Shown piece by piece: positions 21,781 to 32,469 of a stretch of DNA of 64,000 nucleotides. Origin of the DNA: Escherichia coli (GTDB taxonomy: Bacteria; Pseudomonadota; Gammaproteobacteria; Enterobacterales; Enterobacteriaceae). The notes below the pieces were generated by a model that did no database searches, was not told the origin of the DNA, and saw only the letters and a list, made by a program, of their open reading frames with translations. Location of the stretch: assembly GCF_003018235.1 (NCBI RefSeq), contig NZ_CP027437.1; one strand, written 5' to 3'. The translations under genes and the position numbers were made by a program. Every line of letters starts with the position of its first letter. Position 1 is the first letter of the stretch.

Positions 21781-24444
21781 TCAGAACTTATATTTCAGGC
21801 CCACCATCACTGCGGTGTCATTGTAGCCATTATCACCCAGCTGCACGCCCACATTACCCCAGACGCTGGCCGCCGGATTCAGATTGCCATTTACGCCAAG
21901 TTTAATTTCCCCCAGATTACGCGCCCCGTCTTGTTCGACTTTCACACCGTTCATTGAGACAGCAAAATCTTTACTGTTATGGATCCAGTTCATTTCAACA
22001 AAAGGTTCAAAGTCGTCACCGTGCGGACCGCTGTTTTTCTCCTGAGTACGAATAAAGGAGCGGAAACCAAGTCGGGTCTGGATGTTGTTATTTGCGTCAT
22101 TCTCAATACGTGAGCCATTGGCTTCCGTGTGCGCATTATGATCGACGCCCATCCAGATAGCCTGTGCCTGTGGCTGGAAGATCCACGTATATTTCGCCGC
22201 TTCCAGACCAAAGGATTTATTCAGGGCAAAACCGTAACCCGCTTCCAGCGAGACGGTTGCACCTTTCGCGCTATAGGATTCATAGGCTAATTCATCTCCT
22301 TTCACCGAGTTTTTAAACCAGCTATATTGCGCCCAGGCGTCAATGTATGCGCCTTTTTTACTGATGTCATCGGCAAACCAGGTGGCATACAGCCCTGCGC
22401 TATAGCCTCTGACACTCCCTTTCGAACGATAATCCGACACGCTGGAATGAGTTGAGTTGTAGTCGCGGGCATAACCAGCCATCACTCCCAAACGCCAACT
22501 GTCACTGTCGGTAAAACCACCGGTTAACAGATCCGCCCCTAACTGCGAGACGTAGCGATGCGAGGTCGTTCTCAACTGTCCGTTGCTGTCACGCCAGGCA
22601 TTATGCCCGCCAATTTGACGTAGCCAAAGTCGGCTTGAACGCTCCTGTTCAGTTACAGGATCGATGTAGCGCGTTTCACCTGCACGATCGTTCAGACGCA
22701 TAACAAAAAGAGTGTTAGCGGCTGCCAGGTTGGCGACGTAACTTCCAGCTTCGGGGCGCAGGACGGGGGTAGGCGTTTCTGTTGATTCTGAATTTCCCTC
22801 TGAGCTGTTATCCTCCTCATTCACTGACTGATAACTTGTCAAATACCAGTTTTTGCCTTGTTGTTTTAGTTGATATTCGAAAGCTCCAGCTGCAATCCTT
22901 GCATCACCTTGTCTGAAGGCATCTGCTGGAGATTCATCGCCATTCACAGTTATGAGTTCGATCCCATTTAGCGTGGCCGCGCCGCTTCCTCCAGCATTTT
23001 TCACATAGACGGTAGTTGACCCCGAAGTATTACCCTCAACAATCAGTCTGTCCGTAGCCGATTTATCATCACCTAATACGGTGCGGATATTAAGCTGACC
23101 ATTATCACCGACATAATTACCTTTTACGGTTAACGTTTTTCCCTGGGTAAATGTTTGACCATCATCATACGAAAGATTGATAATACTGTCTGAATTAGTC
23201 AGATGGGTAACAACGGAGTCATCTTTCATATTCCAGATTGTGTTTTCTGAAAGCTTCAGTGTGGTTGTGCCGCTAACGAGTTTAGTCGCTCCATTTAGAG
23301 TAGAGTCGGACGAAATTATGTTTAAGCCACCTCCAGTATTATTAACCAGAATATTATTACCAGGCGTGATAATACTTCGATTAAGGATGCTTACATCCGT
23401 TGTAGTTTTGTTAACATCAATACTATCCAAAGCACTTGAAAGTTCGACACTTGATAGTGCTATTTTGGCTTGAGAATCGATATTTGATGCATCAATTGAT
23501 ATTCCTTTATCTTGTTCTGATACCGCGGTGACATTGGAAAAAAATAACTCTCCACCATTGTATATTTTTGCAATGGGGGCTTTAGTGCCTTTTGTTGTAA
23601 TAGAACTATTTTTTATATCAATGTTACCTTGTCGAATAGCAACTGTATAACTTCCATGCTCCCCGGTTTCAAGTGCCACATAATCTAAATTAATATATGC
23701 TTTTTCCCCATTAGCATAAGCACCATAGCTATTAGTGCCATTAGTTGTTATGGAACCACCATTCATTTTTAAATCAGCACGGCTAATAACTTCGTAACTG
23801 TTAGAATCACTAACTTCATCATCTACAGCATCGACACATGTTCGAGACTCTCCAGGACTTGAACATGCAAGAACACCTACTGCATTTTCCCCATAGGTAA
23901 CAATGTTCGTTTTATCTGTGGTTTCAAGACGGGTGTTATTTTCCACAATCCCAGAATCATTAACCTGACTTAAAAGTCCCGCTGAATATGCCCCCCTCGT
24001 CTCGACTGAATTATCACCATTCATAACGATGGTGCCACCAAATTCACTGACTACTGCGCTGGCTGTTATCCCTCCATTAACATCTTGGTTATTTCCTTTG
24101 TCAGATACGCTTCCAGAGGTCTTAATATCGCTATCGCTTATATATAATACTTTGTTATGACTATCAACAGAAATACCATAAGATCCATCACCACTAGTCA
24201 TCACACTGGCATTATTTATATATCCAGTTACACCGTCATCCACTTTCACAGCATGGCTTTCGTCTTTAGTGGTTAGATACTCTCCATTACTTATCGAATT
24301 ATTATCTTTGATTTCAATCGGAGATTCTTCATCAGTTATATAGGAAAGTATACTATAATCATCCAACAATTGTGTTGCATATGCATTACCCACCGCCAGA
24401 GCAATAAGTCCCAAACTAAACCCGGGGAGTTTTTTCAGTTTCAT
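21781..24444 (-). CDS. Autotransporter (full length; sits where I recall K-12 having the ycgH pseudogene)
   Basis: 887-aa ORF with signal peptide MKLKKLPGFSLGLIALAVGNAYA, Ser/Thr/Asn/Gly-rich passenger, C-terminal beta-barrel ending ...VGLKYKF. Confidence 0.8.
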   Translation of the reverse strand: MKLKKLPGFSLGLIALAVGNAYATQLLDDYSILSYITDEESPIEIKDNNSISNGEYLTTKDESHAVKVDDGVTGYINNASVMTSGDGSYGISVDSHNKVLYISDSDIKTSGSVSDKGNNQDVNGGITASAVVSEFGGTIVMNGDNSVETRGAYSAGLLSQVNDSGIVENNTRLETTDKTNIVTYGENAVGVLACSSPGESRTCVDAVDDEVSDSNSYEVISRADLKMNGGSITTNGTNSYGAYANGEKAYINLDYVALETGEHGSYTVAIRQGNIDIKNSSITTKGTKAPIAKIYNGGELFFSNVTAVSEQDKGISIDASNIDSQAKIALSSVELSSALDSIDVNKTTTDVSILNRSIITPGNNILVNNTGGGLNIISSDSTLNGATKLVSGTTTLKLSENTIWNMKDDSVVTHLTNSDSIINLSYDDGQTFTQGKTLTVKGNYVGDNGQLNIRTVLGDDKSATDRLIVEGNTSGSTTVYVKNAGGSGAATLNGIELITVNGDESPADAFRQGDARIAAGAFEYQLKQQGKNWYLTSYQSVNEEDNSSEGNSESTETPTPVLRPEAGSYVANLAAANTLFVMRLNDRAGETRYIDPVTEQERSSRLWLRQIGGHNAWRDSNGQLRTTSHRYVSQLGADLLTGGFTDSDSWRLGVMAGYARDYNSTHSSVSDYRSKGSVRGYSAGLYATWFADDISKKGAYIDAWAQYSWFKNSVKGDELAYESYSAKGATVSLEAGYGFALNKSFGLEAAKYTWIFQPQAQAIWMGVDHNAHTEANGSRIENDANNNIQTRLGFRSFIRTQEKNSGPHGDDFEPFVEMNWIHNSKDFAVSMNGVKVEQDGARNLGEIKLGVNGNLNPAASVWGNVGVQLGDNGYNDTAVMVGLKYKF

Positions 24445-24843
24445 AGATTAACCATCCATTCATTGGATTAACAAACATTCCTGGTCAAATAACCTATGAG
24501 TTCAGATTACCAAAACAGAGGGTAAAGACAAAAACAAAAGCACAAAAAATTTAAATAGATAAACAGCGACAATATATAAATGATAAATAAGGCGGCATTA
24601 TCATTTTTCACCTTATTTTCATGACATTGATCACTTTGGGGTGACGATTTTGTTTAACAAATAACTCTTCGACATCAAAATTATTAATAGTTGCCATAGA
24701 AATTATTTCGGTGATATATAAAACCAACTGTGATAACACCAGGGTTGACAACTATTTGCGCAAAAATTCCTTTCCTTCAATGATCCAGGCGTTCACTGTC
24801 AGCACCCCATTCAGCCGCATACTGACAGTGAGAAACTGAAAGA

Positions 24844-25062
24844 TTATTGCTGATCCCTGTGGCTGACGAGTCTTTCCCTTAATCGATTAATCAGATTGAT
24901 CGCCAGCCAAACAAGGGCATTAAGCAAATTTATCGTCACAAGCACTTCTCCCAGCCCGGTACTGGGTTTTGCAATAAGGATGACCAGGAGAGTGATCAGC
25001 ATAAATGCAATGGAAAAGATGATATAGAGAGTGAAATAATCCAGATTATTACTATTTTTCAT
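24844..25062 (-). CDS. ymgF: Small inner-membrane protein YmgF
   Basis: ORF 24844..25098; ATG at 25062 gives MKNSNNLDYFTLYIIFSIAFMLITLLV... Confidence 0.8.
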   Translation of the reverse strand: MKNSNNLDYFTLYIIFSIAFMLITLLVILIAKPSTGLGEVLVTINLLNALVWLAINLINRLRERLVSHRDQQ

Positions 25063-25193
25063 GCTACTAATGGCAATCCTGTCAAAACTTTCAAACAATT
25101 ATAGCAAACAAAATAATGAACAATAGTAACAAGAGGCAACGAGCTAATTAGCTGTCTATAATTACACCGCACCATGGCCTTGCTGATCAATTT

Positions 25194-26717
25194 TCACTCA
25201 ACCACAACCTTCACCTTCGGTTTAGAAAGGATAATTTTGACCAGGTCGATATATGTAACAGGTTTATAGAAATAATAACCCTGCTGAAATGTGATATTAT
25301 TTTTATTCAGATAGTCAAGTTGTTCTTTCGTTTCGACACCTTCAGCGACGATACTGATCGAAAGTTTACGCGCCAGATCCAATACACAATCCAGAATTCG
25401 GGTTGATTCTCGGTCTGCGTTGACGCGGCCAACGAAACTGTGATCAATTTTGATATAATCAATATGCAGGTCATGCAGATAAGAAAGCCCTGAGTAGCCA
25501 GTACCGAAATCATCCAGCGCGATGACAAAACCATTTTCATGCAGAATGTTCAACCGCTGAACCAGACTTTCATCAACATTTAATGGCTCACGCTCGGTAA
25601 CTTCCAGAACGAGGTTTAAATCGCGGCGGGTAAAACTGTCACGGTAATTTAAGCACTCGTCGACAAACGTCGGCGAAATAATATGCGAGGCGCTAAAATT
25701 AATTCCAATATGAAAACCTTCCGGCAGTTTACTCGAGATAGCGTTCATCTGTCTGGCAACCTGATTCATCAGGCTTTGCGTAAGCGGAACGATTAATCCG
25801 GATTTTTCAGCAAGTGGAATAAATGCCGCGGGTGATATATATCCACCGTGAGGTTGTTTCCAGCGGGCTAACACCTCAACTCCCCGCAATGTCCCTTCCC
25901 GACCATTTACCACAGGTTGGTAAAAAGGGACGATCTCACCATTATTTATAGCCCGTCGCAAGATCTCTTCAGGCGTTGCGCTTTTATTGAAATACCTATC
26001 AAGCAGGAAGGCAGCGGCGCAGGCGATTAACAGAATAAATATCAAAATCCCAAAGCCTTTATCGATTAGTCTGTAGAAGCTAAAGAGTGGCGGCGGGTTA
26101 AAGATAATAGTGAAATGATATTTTGTGGAGTGAACCTTCTCGGTATAGGGATAATGTCCATTAAGCGTCATCACATCACCCGTTGGTCCAATAATGTCAT
26201 CCGCCACGCGTAATACATACCTTACCCCTTTCAAGGGTACATTAAGCGCCCCGCGAATATGCTGATCACTTATCGTAACCAAAATGCGCGTATCTGCAAA
26301 TTGGCTCTGATAGAGCAGGATAGGTAATCTATTAACGGTGTCGATTGCCGGAGCCAACAGTAAATTACTGTCCGGGAAAACAGGAATACGAGACAGCAGG
26401 ACCCGATTCCCCGGTAAGGATGTACACCAGACCGTTCCCTGTTTGAGAATGATGATTGTGCGCAGGTGAGGTTTCAGAGCTGCTTCAGTGCCAAGCTGAT
26501 ATTGCTCCTCGAGGTCGCATTCCTTCCCGGCAATGTTAACCGCCGTTTGAGTCGCCTGTGACGCTTCTTCAAGTATATGATTGATATTGTTGGCGGCATA
26601 TCTTGCTCCCGCCAGGTACTCTGCTTTTGCGGAATACCAGAGCTGGATGTTCAAAATAGCGACACCGGTTATAAACAAGCATATCGCAATGAGGATGGGT
26701 ATGAGTGTATTGCGCAT
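25194..26717 (-). CDS. pdeG: c-di-GMP phosphodiesterase PdeG (CSS-motif sensor plus EAL domain)
   Basis: 507-aa ORF with N-terminal TM/CSS domain and C-terminal EAL domain; synteny with ycgG. Confidence 0.9.
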   Translation of the reverse strand: MRNTLIPILIAICLFITGVAILNIQLWYSAKAEYLAGARYAANNINHILEEASQATQTAVNIAGKECDLEEQYQLGTEAALKPHLRTIIILKQGTVWCTSLPGNRVLLSRIPVFPDSNLLLAPAIDTVNRLPILLYQSQFADTRILVTISDQHIRGALNVPLKGVRYVLRVADDIIGPTGDVMTLNGHYPYTEKVHSTKYHFTIIFNPPPLFSFYRLIDKGFGILIFILLIACAAAFLLDRYFNKSATPEEILRRAINNGEIVPFYQPVVNGREGTLRGVEVLARWKQPHGGYISPAAFIPLAEKSGLIVPLTQSLMNQVARQMNAISSKLPEGFHIGINFSASHIISPTFVDECLNYRDSFTRRDLNLVLEVTEREPLNVDESLVQRLNILHENGFVIALDDFGTGYSGLSYLHDLHIDYIKIDHSFVGRVNADRESTRILDCVLDLARKLSISIVAEGVETKEQLDYLNKNNITFQQGYYFYKPVTYIDLVKIILSKPKVKVVVE

Positions 26718-27052
26718 TCACTTGTCCCGGCCAAAGGGTTTAATACATAAAAATGACATTCATTCGCTCGCGCTGGCGTCTACAGAGAGCATGGTAGAGA
26801 GCATCACAAATATCCACGCCGAAGATAAAATTTTCTCCATCTTCATCTAACCTATTAATTATTAAGCATAATGTAGGCAGAATTAAACAAATTAGGCGGG
26901 ATATCAGGCGTCAAGAATGGAAAACGAGCGCTCTCCATTCTTGTTGGCTCCCTGATATTGCGGATATATTAAGAAAGCATAACGCCTGAAATACTCACTT
27001 TGCACCAGCATGGTGATACATCTGATCTTTATTCTAAAGCCTTCCACAAGTT

Positions 27053-27301
27053 TTAAGAGAGCACGGATTCCCTGTCATTAATAATGATATCCGTTAGTGT
27101 AGTCTTATGCATTTCAATGTACTGCAAGATTTGCAGATAGAGATCAGAAAGAATCACACTGGTTTCATCTTTTAAACGCAAGCGTAAAGCCTGATCAATA
27201 ATATGACTATCAACATATCCATGCGTCATGAACACCTCCCTCTCGAGATTTTTAAACAACGCACATTGAAAAATAAATCTCTCTGGGATTGAATTATTCA
27301 T
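27053..27301 (-). CDS. ymgC: Protein YmgC
   Basis: ORF 27053..27328; ATG at 27301 gives MNNSIPERFIFQCALFKN... Confidence 0.85.
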   Translation of the reverse strand: MNNSIPERFIFQCALFKNLEREVFMTHGYVDSHIIDQALRLRLKDETSVILSDLYLQILQYIEMHKTTLTDIIINDRESVLS

Positions 27302-27413
27302 GTCAGCCTCGTAGGAATAGTGACCCAATAAAATTATGCTGTGTATAGTCTAAAGCGACAGACAAAAATAAGATGACTGAGTTTTCTATAAACTTATACT
27401 CAATAATTGAAAG

Positions 27414-27680
27414 TTACATATCATCCGCTGTGTATCGCAACACGATTTCCAGTGTTTTTCTAATCACATCAGCTTTGAGAATATCACTTGTTGTTTCCAG
27501 AGAGTGTATCAGACTTAAGATAATATTTTTATTATTAACATTATCGCCTGAAAGCATTAAATTGGTCACAGCCTGCCCTAACACAGCTGACTCTTCTTCT
27601 AACAAATTACCTGAACTACGAAAGTAGCTTGATAACGCTTTATCAGTTATTGCATTATGAATTGTAGTATCTTCAAGCAT
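27414..27680 (-). CDS. ariR: Biofilm/acid-resistance regulator AriR (YmgB)
   Basis: 88-aa ORF; part of the ycgZ-ymgA-ariR-ymgC operon. Confidence 0.9.
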   Translation of the reverse strand: MLEDTTIHNAITDKALSSYFRSSGNLLEEESAVLGQAVTNLMLSGDNVNNKNIILSLIHSLETTSDILKADVIRKTLEIVLRYTADDM

Positions 27681-27708
27681 AGTAACCTCTCATCTTACTT
27701 ATGAAATT

Positions 27709-27981
27709 TTAATGTATTCTGTTTATTTTCTTACCATTGAACATACTTTTATTGTCAGCTATCGCTGTTCTTCTGTTTGGCTCTCCTGTATCACTGTTGC
27801 TAAAATCACGAATTATGCTGTCAATTAAATCTCGTCGGAAAGCATTTTCCTCAGCCGATTTCATTACGAGTAATTGCTTAATAAGAGTCTGTAACGAAAA
27901 ATTTATCTTCATGCGCAGTATATGGAGCACCGCCTGGCCAGTAATTTCATATTTTGTACTTTCATTATCAGATGTCTTCAT
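27709..27981 (-). CDS. ymgA: RcsB connector protein YmgA
   Basis: 90-aa ORF; operon synteny. Confidence 0.88.
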   Translation of the reverse strand: MKTSDNESTKYEITGQAVLHILRMKINFSLQTLIKQLLVMKSAEENAFRRDLIDSIIRDFSNSDTGEPNRRTAIADNKSMFNGKKINRIH

Positions 27982-28023
27982 AACGACTTCATAGCTAACC
28001 TGTTAAATAATCAGGCTGTTGCA

Positions 28024-28260
28024 TTATTCAAAAAGCAACCCAATTAGTGCATTATAATGTTTCTGTTCCTCTTCCCCTGTCGCTTGTTCCAGTCGGCATA
28101 GAAGTTTGGCACAAAGCGACTTTCGACTCAGATTACGTCCATCTTTCAAAATCTCAGTCACAATTTCCCCGAGAGTTTCCTGCTGAGTAGGCAAGTTAGC
28201 TTTTGCAAAGTAACGAGTGATTGCTCCCGCAGAATCTAAAGTCACTGAATTTTGATGCAT
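28024..28260 (-). CDS. ycgZ: Protein YcgZ
   Basis: 78-aa ORF; first gene of the ycgZ-ymgA-ariR-ymgC operon, divergent from bluF. Confidence 0.88.
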   Translation of the reverse strand: MHQNSVTLDSAGAITRYFAKANLPTQQETLGEIVTEILKDGRNLSRKSLCAKLLCRLEQATGEEEQKHYNALIGLLFE

Positions 28261-28573
28261 GCTACGCCTCTGTTAAAAATGTTAATCAATGTTAAGTGAG
28301 GTAACAATAGCAAACTTGTACGAAATATGTGTACAGAATGATAAATTAATTTTTTGCATTTAGTGCTAATACATATAAAACAACAGGTTATGATAAAAAA
28401 TATTGCATCATTTAAATGACAACCTATACAAGAATTTTCGCCAACTCATCTTCAACTTTTTCCATTTTTTATCAATGTAAAGAAACAGTTATGTTTTGGT
28501 ATTAAAAGAAAGACACCGGAAGATATGTCTGTTACCGTCTTACTCTCGCCTCTCCCATTACCCTGGACAGTTA

Positions 28574-29785
28574 ATGCTTACCACCCTTATTTATCGTAGC
28601 CATATACGTGACGACGAACCTGTCAAAAAAATCGAAGAAATGGTTTCGATAGCAAATCGCAGGAACATGCAGTCTGACGTAACAGGGATCTTACTGTTTA
28701 ATGGTTCTCATTTTTTCCAGCTTCTGGAAGGTCCGGAAGAACAGGTTAAAATGATATATCGGGCTATATGCCAGGATCCACGGCACTATAATATTGTTGA
28801 GCTGCTGTGCGATTACGCGCCTGCTCGCCGTTTTGGCAAAGCGGGAATGGAATTATTTGATTTGCGCCTGCACGAGCGAGATGACGTTTTACAGGCCGTA
28901 TTCGACAAAGGCACATCAAAATTTCAGCTAACTTATGATGACAGAGCGCTACAATTTTTTCGTACTTTTGTCCTTGCAACCGAACAAGCAACCTATTTCG
29001 AGATCCCTGCCGAAGACTCCTGGCTTTTTATCGCTGACGGATCTGATAAAGAACTTGATTCCTGTACCCTTTCACCAACTATAAACGACCACTTTGCCTT
29101 TCATCCTATTGTCGATCCCTTATCGCGGCGGATAATCGCTTTTGAAGCCATTGTGCAAAAAAATGAAGACAGCCCGTCAGCTATAGCGGTTGGGCAGCGT
29201 AAAGAAGGGGAAATCTATACAGCGGATCTCAAAAGTAAGGCGCTTGCATTCGCGATGGCACACGCACTTGACCTCGGTGATAAAATGATTTCAATCAATC
29301 TATTACCTATGACCCTGGTTAACGAACCTGACGCAGTCTCTTTTTTACTTGATGAAATAAAGGCCAATGCTCTGGTGCCTGAACAAATCATCGTTGAATT
29401 TACTGAAAGTGAAGTCATATCTCGGTTTGATGAGTTTGCAGAAGCGATTAAATCGCTTAAGGCTGCCGGTATCAGTGTAGCAATTGATCATTTTGGCGCA
29501 GGTTTTGCCGGTTTGTTACTCCTGTCACGCTTCCAGCCTGACAGAATTAAAATCAGTCAGGAATTGATTACCAATGTTCATAAAAGCGGGCCACGGCAGG
29601 CAATTATTCAAGCGATCATAAAATGCTGTACATCACTTGAAATTCAAGTCAGTGCTATGGGCGTGGCAACACCAGAAGAGTGGATGTGGCTTGAATCCGC
29701 AGGAATTGAGATGTTTCAGGGAGATCTGTTTGCTAAAGCTAAATTGAATGGTATCCCTTCCATAGCGTGGCCAGAGAAAAAATAA
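28574..29785 (+). CDS. bluF: Blue-light sensor BluF (BLUF plus degenerate EAL)
   Basis: ORF 28496..29785 (TTG); ATG at 28574 gives MLTTLIYRSHIRDDEPVKKIEEMV... matching recalled BluF (403 aa). Confidence 0.9.
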   Translation: MLTTLIYRSHIRDDEPVKKIEEMVSIANRRNMQSDVTGILLFNGSHFFQLLEGPEEQVKMIYRAICQDPRHYNIVELLCDYAPARRFGKAGMELFDLRLHERDDVLQAVFDKGTSKFQLTYDDRALQFFRTFVLATEQATYFEIPAEDSWLFIADGSDKELDSCTLSPTINDHFAFHPIVDPLSRRIIAFEAIVQKNEDSPSAIAVGQRKEGEIYTADLKSKALAFAMAHALDLGDKMISINLLPMTLVNEPDAVSFLLDEIKANALVPEQIIVEFTESEVISRFDEFAEAIKSLKAAGISVAIDHFGAGFAGLLLLSRFQPDRIKISQELITNVHKSGPRQAIIQAIIKCCTSLEIQVSAMGVATPEEWMWLESAGIEMFQGDLFAKAKLNGIPSIAWPEKK

Positions 29786-29989
29786 TTTTCAGCACATTCT
29801 TTCACATGATTTCAGTAAATCATCGTGAAAATGAATACGTTATGTTTAAATTTAATCCACATTAAAAATAATGTTTCATCCAATTTAGCTGAAATCTTAT
29901 TTATACTTTGTACAATTTTAGCGTATATTGTACAAAGTATTATTGGGTCGTGTACAGGCGACGGAGATTTGTGACCGCAAGGAGGAATT

Positions 29990-30721
29990 GTGGCTTATTA
30001 CAGCATTGGTGATGTTGCTGAACGTTGCGGGATTAATCCTGTCACTCTCCGGGCCTGGCAACGCCGCTACGGTTTGTTAAAACCACAGCGCAGTGAAGGC
30101 GGACACCGACTCTTTGATGAAGAAGACATACAACGCATCGAAGAGATCAAGCGTTGGATAAGTAATGGCGTCCCTGTAGGCAAAGTTAAAGCATTACTGG
30201 AAACCACCAGCCAGGATACGGAAGATGACTGGAGCCGCCTGCAAGAAGAGATGATGTCAATTCTTCGTATGGCTAATCCTGCCAAACTACGCGCGAGAAT
30301 TATTTCACTGGGTCGAGAGTACCCAGTAGATCAATTGATTAATCATGTTTACCTTCCTGTTCGCCAGCGTCTCGTGCTTGATCACAACACCTCCCGCATT
30401 ATGAGCAGTATGTTTGACGGCGCATTAATTGAATACGCAGCAGCCTCGCTTTTCGAAATGCGCCGTAAGCCCGGTAAAGAAGCCATTCTGATGGCGTGGA
30501 ATGTTGAAGAGAGAGCACGATTGTGGCTGGAAGCATGGCGTTTATCATTGTCAGGATGGCACATTTCTGTTCTTGCTGATCCCATTGAAGCGCCGCGCCC
30601 GGAACTGTTCCCAACGCAAACATTGATTGTCTGGACAGGCATGGCACCAACGAGAAGGCAAAACGAACTTTTACAACACTGGGGTGAGCAAGGTTATAAA
30701 GTCATCTTTCATGCCCCCTAA
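29990..30721 (+). CDS. bluR: MerR-family repressor BluR (YcgE)
   Basis: 243-aa ORF with N-terminal MerR HTH ([26 protein letters not shown]). Confidence 0.9.
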   Translation: MAYYSIGDVAERCGINPVTLRAWQRRYGLLKPQRSEGGHRLFDEEDIQRIEEIKRWISNGVPVGKVKALLETTSQDTEDDWSRLQEEMMSILRMANPAKLRARIISLGREYPVDQLINHVYLPVRQRLVLDHNTSRIMSSMFDGALIEYAAASLFEMRRKPGKEAILMAWNVEERARLWLEAWRLSLSGWHISVLADPIEAPRPELFPTQTLIVWTGMAPTRRQNELLQHWGEQGYKVIFHAP

Positions 30722-30941
30722 TTTCACCTTTATCCCGCCCCTTAGACAGAATCTTATAATCTGAACCCACAATAGCGTTTGTACCGGAGCTGGTCCGTTG
30801 CAAAATGCTCACCGGGAGAATTCAGGTAATCCCCCTTTCACACTTTGTACATATCACAGCCAAAGGACAGACCAGATTGAAGTGGTAAAACCGATCGTGC
30901 ACACTACGCAGTCTCACAACTAACAAGAGGTTATTATCCTG

Positions 30942-31346
30942 ATGGATCAGGTTGTTGTTTTTCAAAAGATGTTTGAGCAAGTGAGAAAAGAGCAAAACTT
31001 CTCCTGGTTTTATTCAGAATTAAAACATCACCGTATTGCACATTACATTTATTATCTGGCTACGGATAACATCAGAATTATTACTCACGATGACACGGTT
31101 TTGTTATTAAGAGGAACCAGGAACCTGTTAAAAGTTAGTACGACCAAGAACCCTGCTAAAATAAAAGAGGCCGCATTGCTTCATATTTGCGGAAAATCAA
31201 CATTTCGGGAATACTGTTCAACACTGGCAGACGCGGGCGTTTTCCGGTGGGTTACTGATGTTAATCATAACAAACGCAGTTACTACGCCATTGATAATAC
31301 GCTTTTATATATTGAAGATGTAGAAAATAATAAACCATTAATCTAG
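30942..31346 (+). CDS. ycgX: Protein YcgX
   Basis: 134-aa ORF; synteny. Confidence 0.85.
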   Translation: MDQVVVFQKMFEQVRKEQNFSWFYSELKHHRIAHYIYYLATDNIRIITHDDTVLLLRGTRNLLKVSTTKNPAKIKEAALLHICGKSTFREYCSTLADAGVFRWVTDVNHNKRSYYAIDNTLLYIEDVENNKPLI

Positions 31347-31553
31347 CTAAAGTTGGATGCTTAAAAAATGCTTCATAATTCAGTAAGGCATTAGCATAAT
31401 GGAAATAAAAGTGCAGAGACTATTCATATGGATGAGTAATACTATCTTTTTATTGCCACCCATAAATAATCACCAGATCAATACTATCAACTTGATATTT
31501 GAAATGTGATCACTTGACTTTTGATACGTTATTTTATAGCGGTTAACATATTT

Positions 31554-31606
31554 ATAAAAAACAACGGGCGTGCCATACGCCCGTTTCAATACTTAACGCA
31601 CATGTG
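31554..31606. repeat. Orphan copy of the icd 3'-flanking terminator region
   Basis: About 90% identical over ~53 bp to 32414..32466; includes hairpin aacgggcg-tgccata-cgcccgtt. Confidence 0.7.
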
Positions 31607-32043
31607 TTTTGGTTTAGTCATCATCCGGTTATATGTATTTTAGCCAGGAATGGGTTAAACCATTCCTATATAACTAAAAAATTGAAACCTTATTCTCATG
31701 TCATGCTTATATTCGTCATTATCGTTATATAAAAAGGCCAACCATAATGTTTAGCAAATTGGCACAAAGTAGTATAAAGGCTATGTTTTAATTACAGGAT
31801 GTTCAGTCATTTGAATGTATAACATTTTAGCTAAACAAATCTAAAACGAAGTGAATAATTTATTGTTTTCACTAAATCTCATTTTGTTTAACATCCATTG
31901 AGATTCCTTGCTTTAAATTTTGTTTTATATAAGCAATCGTTTTAATTAATTTATTTTTTTGAAGGGTAATATACTCATATGCAATATAAAGAAATGAACA
32001 TCCAAATGAACTATATTAAATACCGTGGGATAAGACATAACAA

Positions 32044-32367
32044 ATGAAGTGGGTAGTAATTGACACGGTAATTCAACCTACATGCGGCATATCTTTTTCA
32101 GCCATATGGGGTGATATGAAAATGATCATCTGGTATCAATCTACTATATTTCTCCCTCCTGGAAGTATATTTACACCGGTTAAGCCTGGTATTATCCTTA
32201 AGGATAAAGAATACCCTATTACTATTTATAACATCACACCATTCAACAAGAATTTATGGAGTTTACTCAAAAGCAGTCAAGAGTGTCCTCCAGGAGAAAG
32301 CGAAATAACAAATAAATGTTTGCATAAGAGTTGTATTATAAAAATATGCCCATATGGGCTCAAATAA
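32044..32367 (+). CDS. iraM: Anti-adaptor protein IraM (stabilises RpoS)
   Basis: 107-aa [26 protein letters not shown]... matching recalled IraM; long AT-rich upstream region. Confidence 0.75.
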   Translation: MKWVVIDTVIQPTCGISFSAIWGDMKMIIWYQSTIFLPPGSIFTPVKPGIILKDKEYPITIYNITPFNKNLWSLLKSSQECPPGESEITNKCLHKSCIIKICPYGLK

Positions 32368-32413
32368 TGGGTTTTATATAAATATGCTCGATATGCTATT
32401 AATAATATCCACA

Positions 32414-32466
32414 TAAATAAAACAACGGGCGTGTTATACGCCCGTTTCAATATTTAACACATGTAG
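32414..32466 (-). terminator. icd intrinsic terminator
   Basis: Hairpin aacgggcg-tgttata-cgcccgtt followed on the minus strand by a T-run immediately after the icd stop. Confidence 0.7.
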
Positions 32467-32469
32467 AGA

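Noticed and set aside
31347-32469. e14 prophage at the icd 3' end
   Set aside because: icd is intact and followed only by iraM and short repeats; no integrase, invertase or tail-fibre genes are present here
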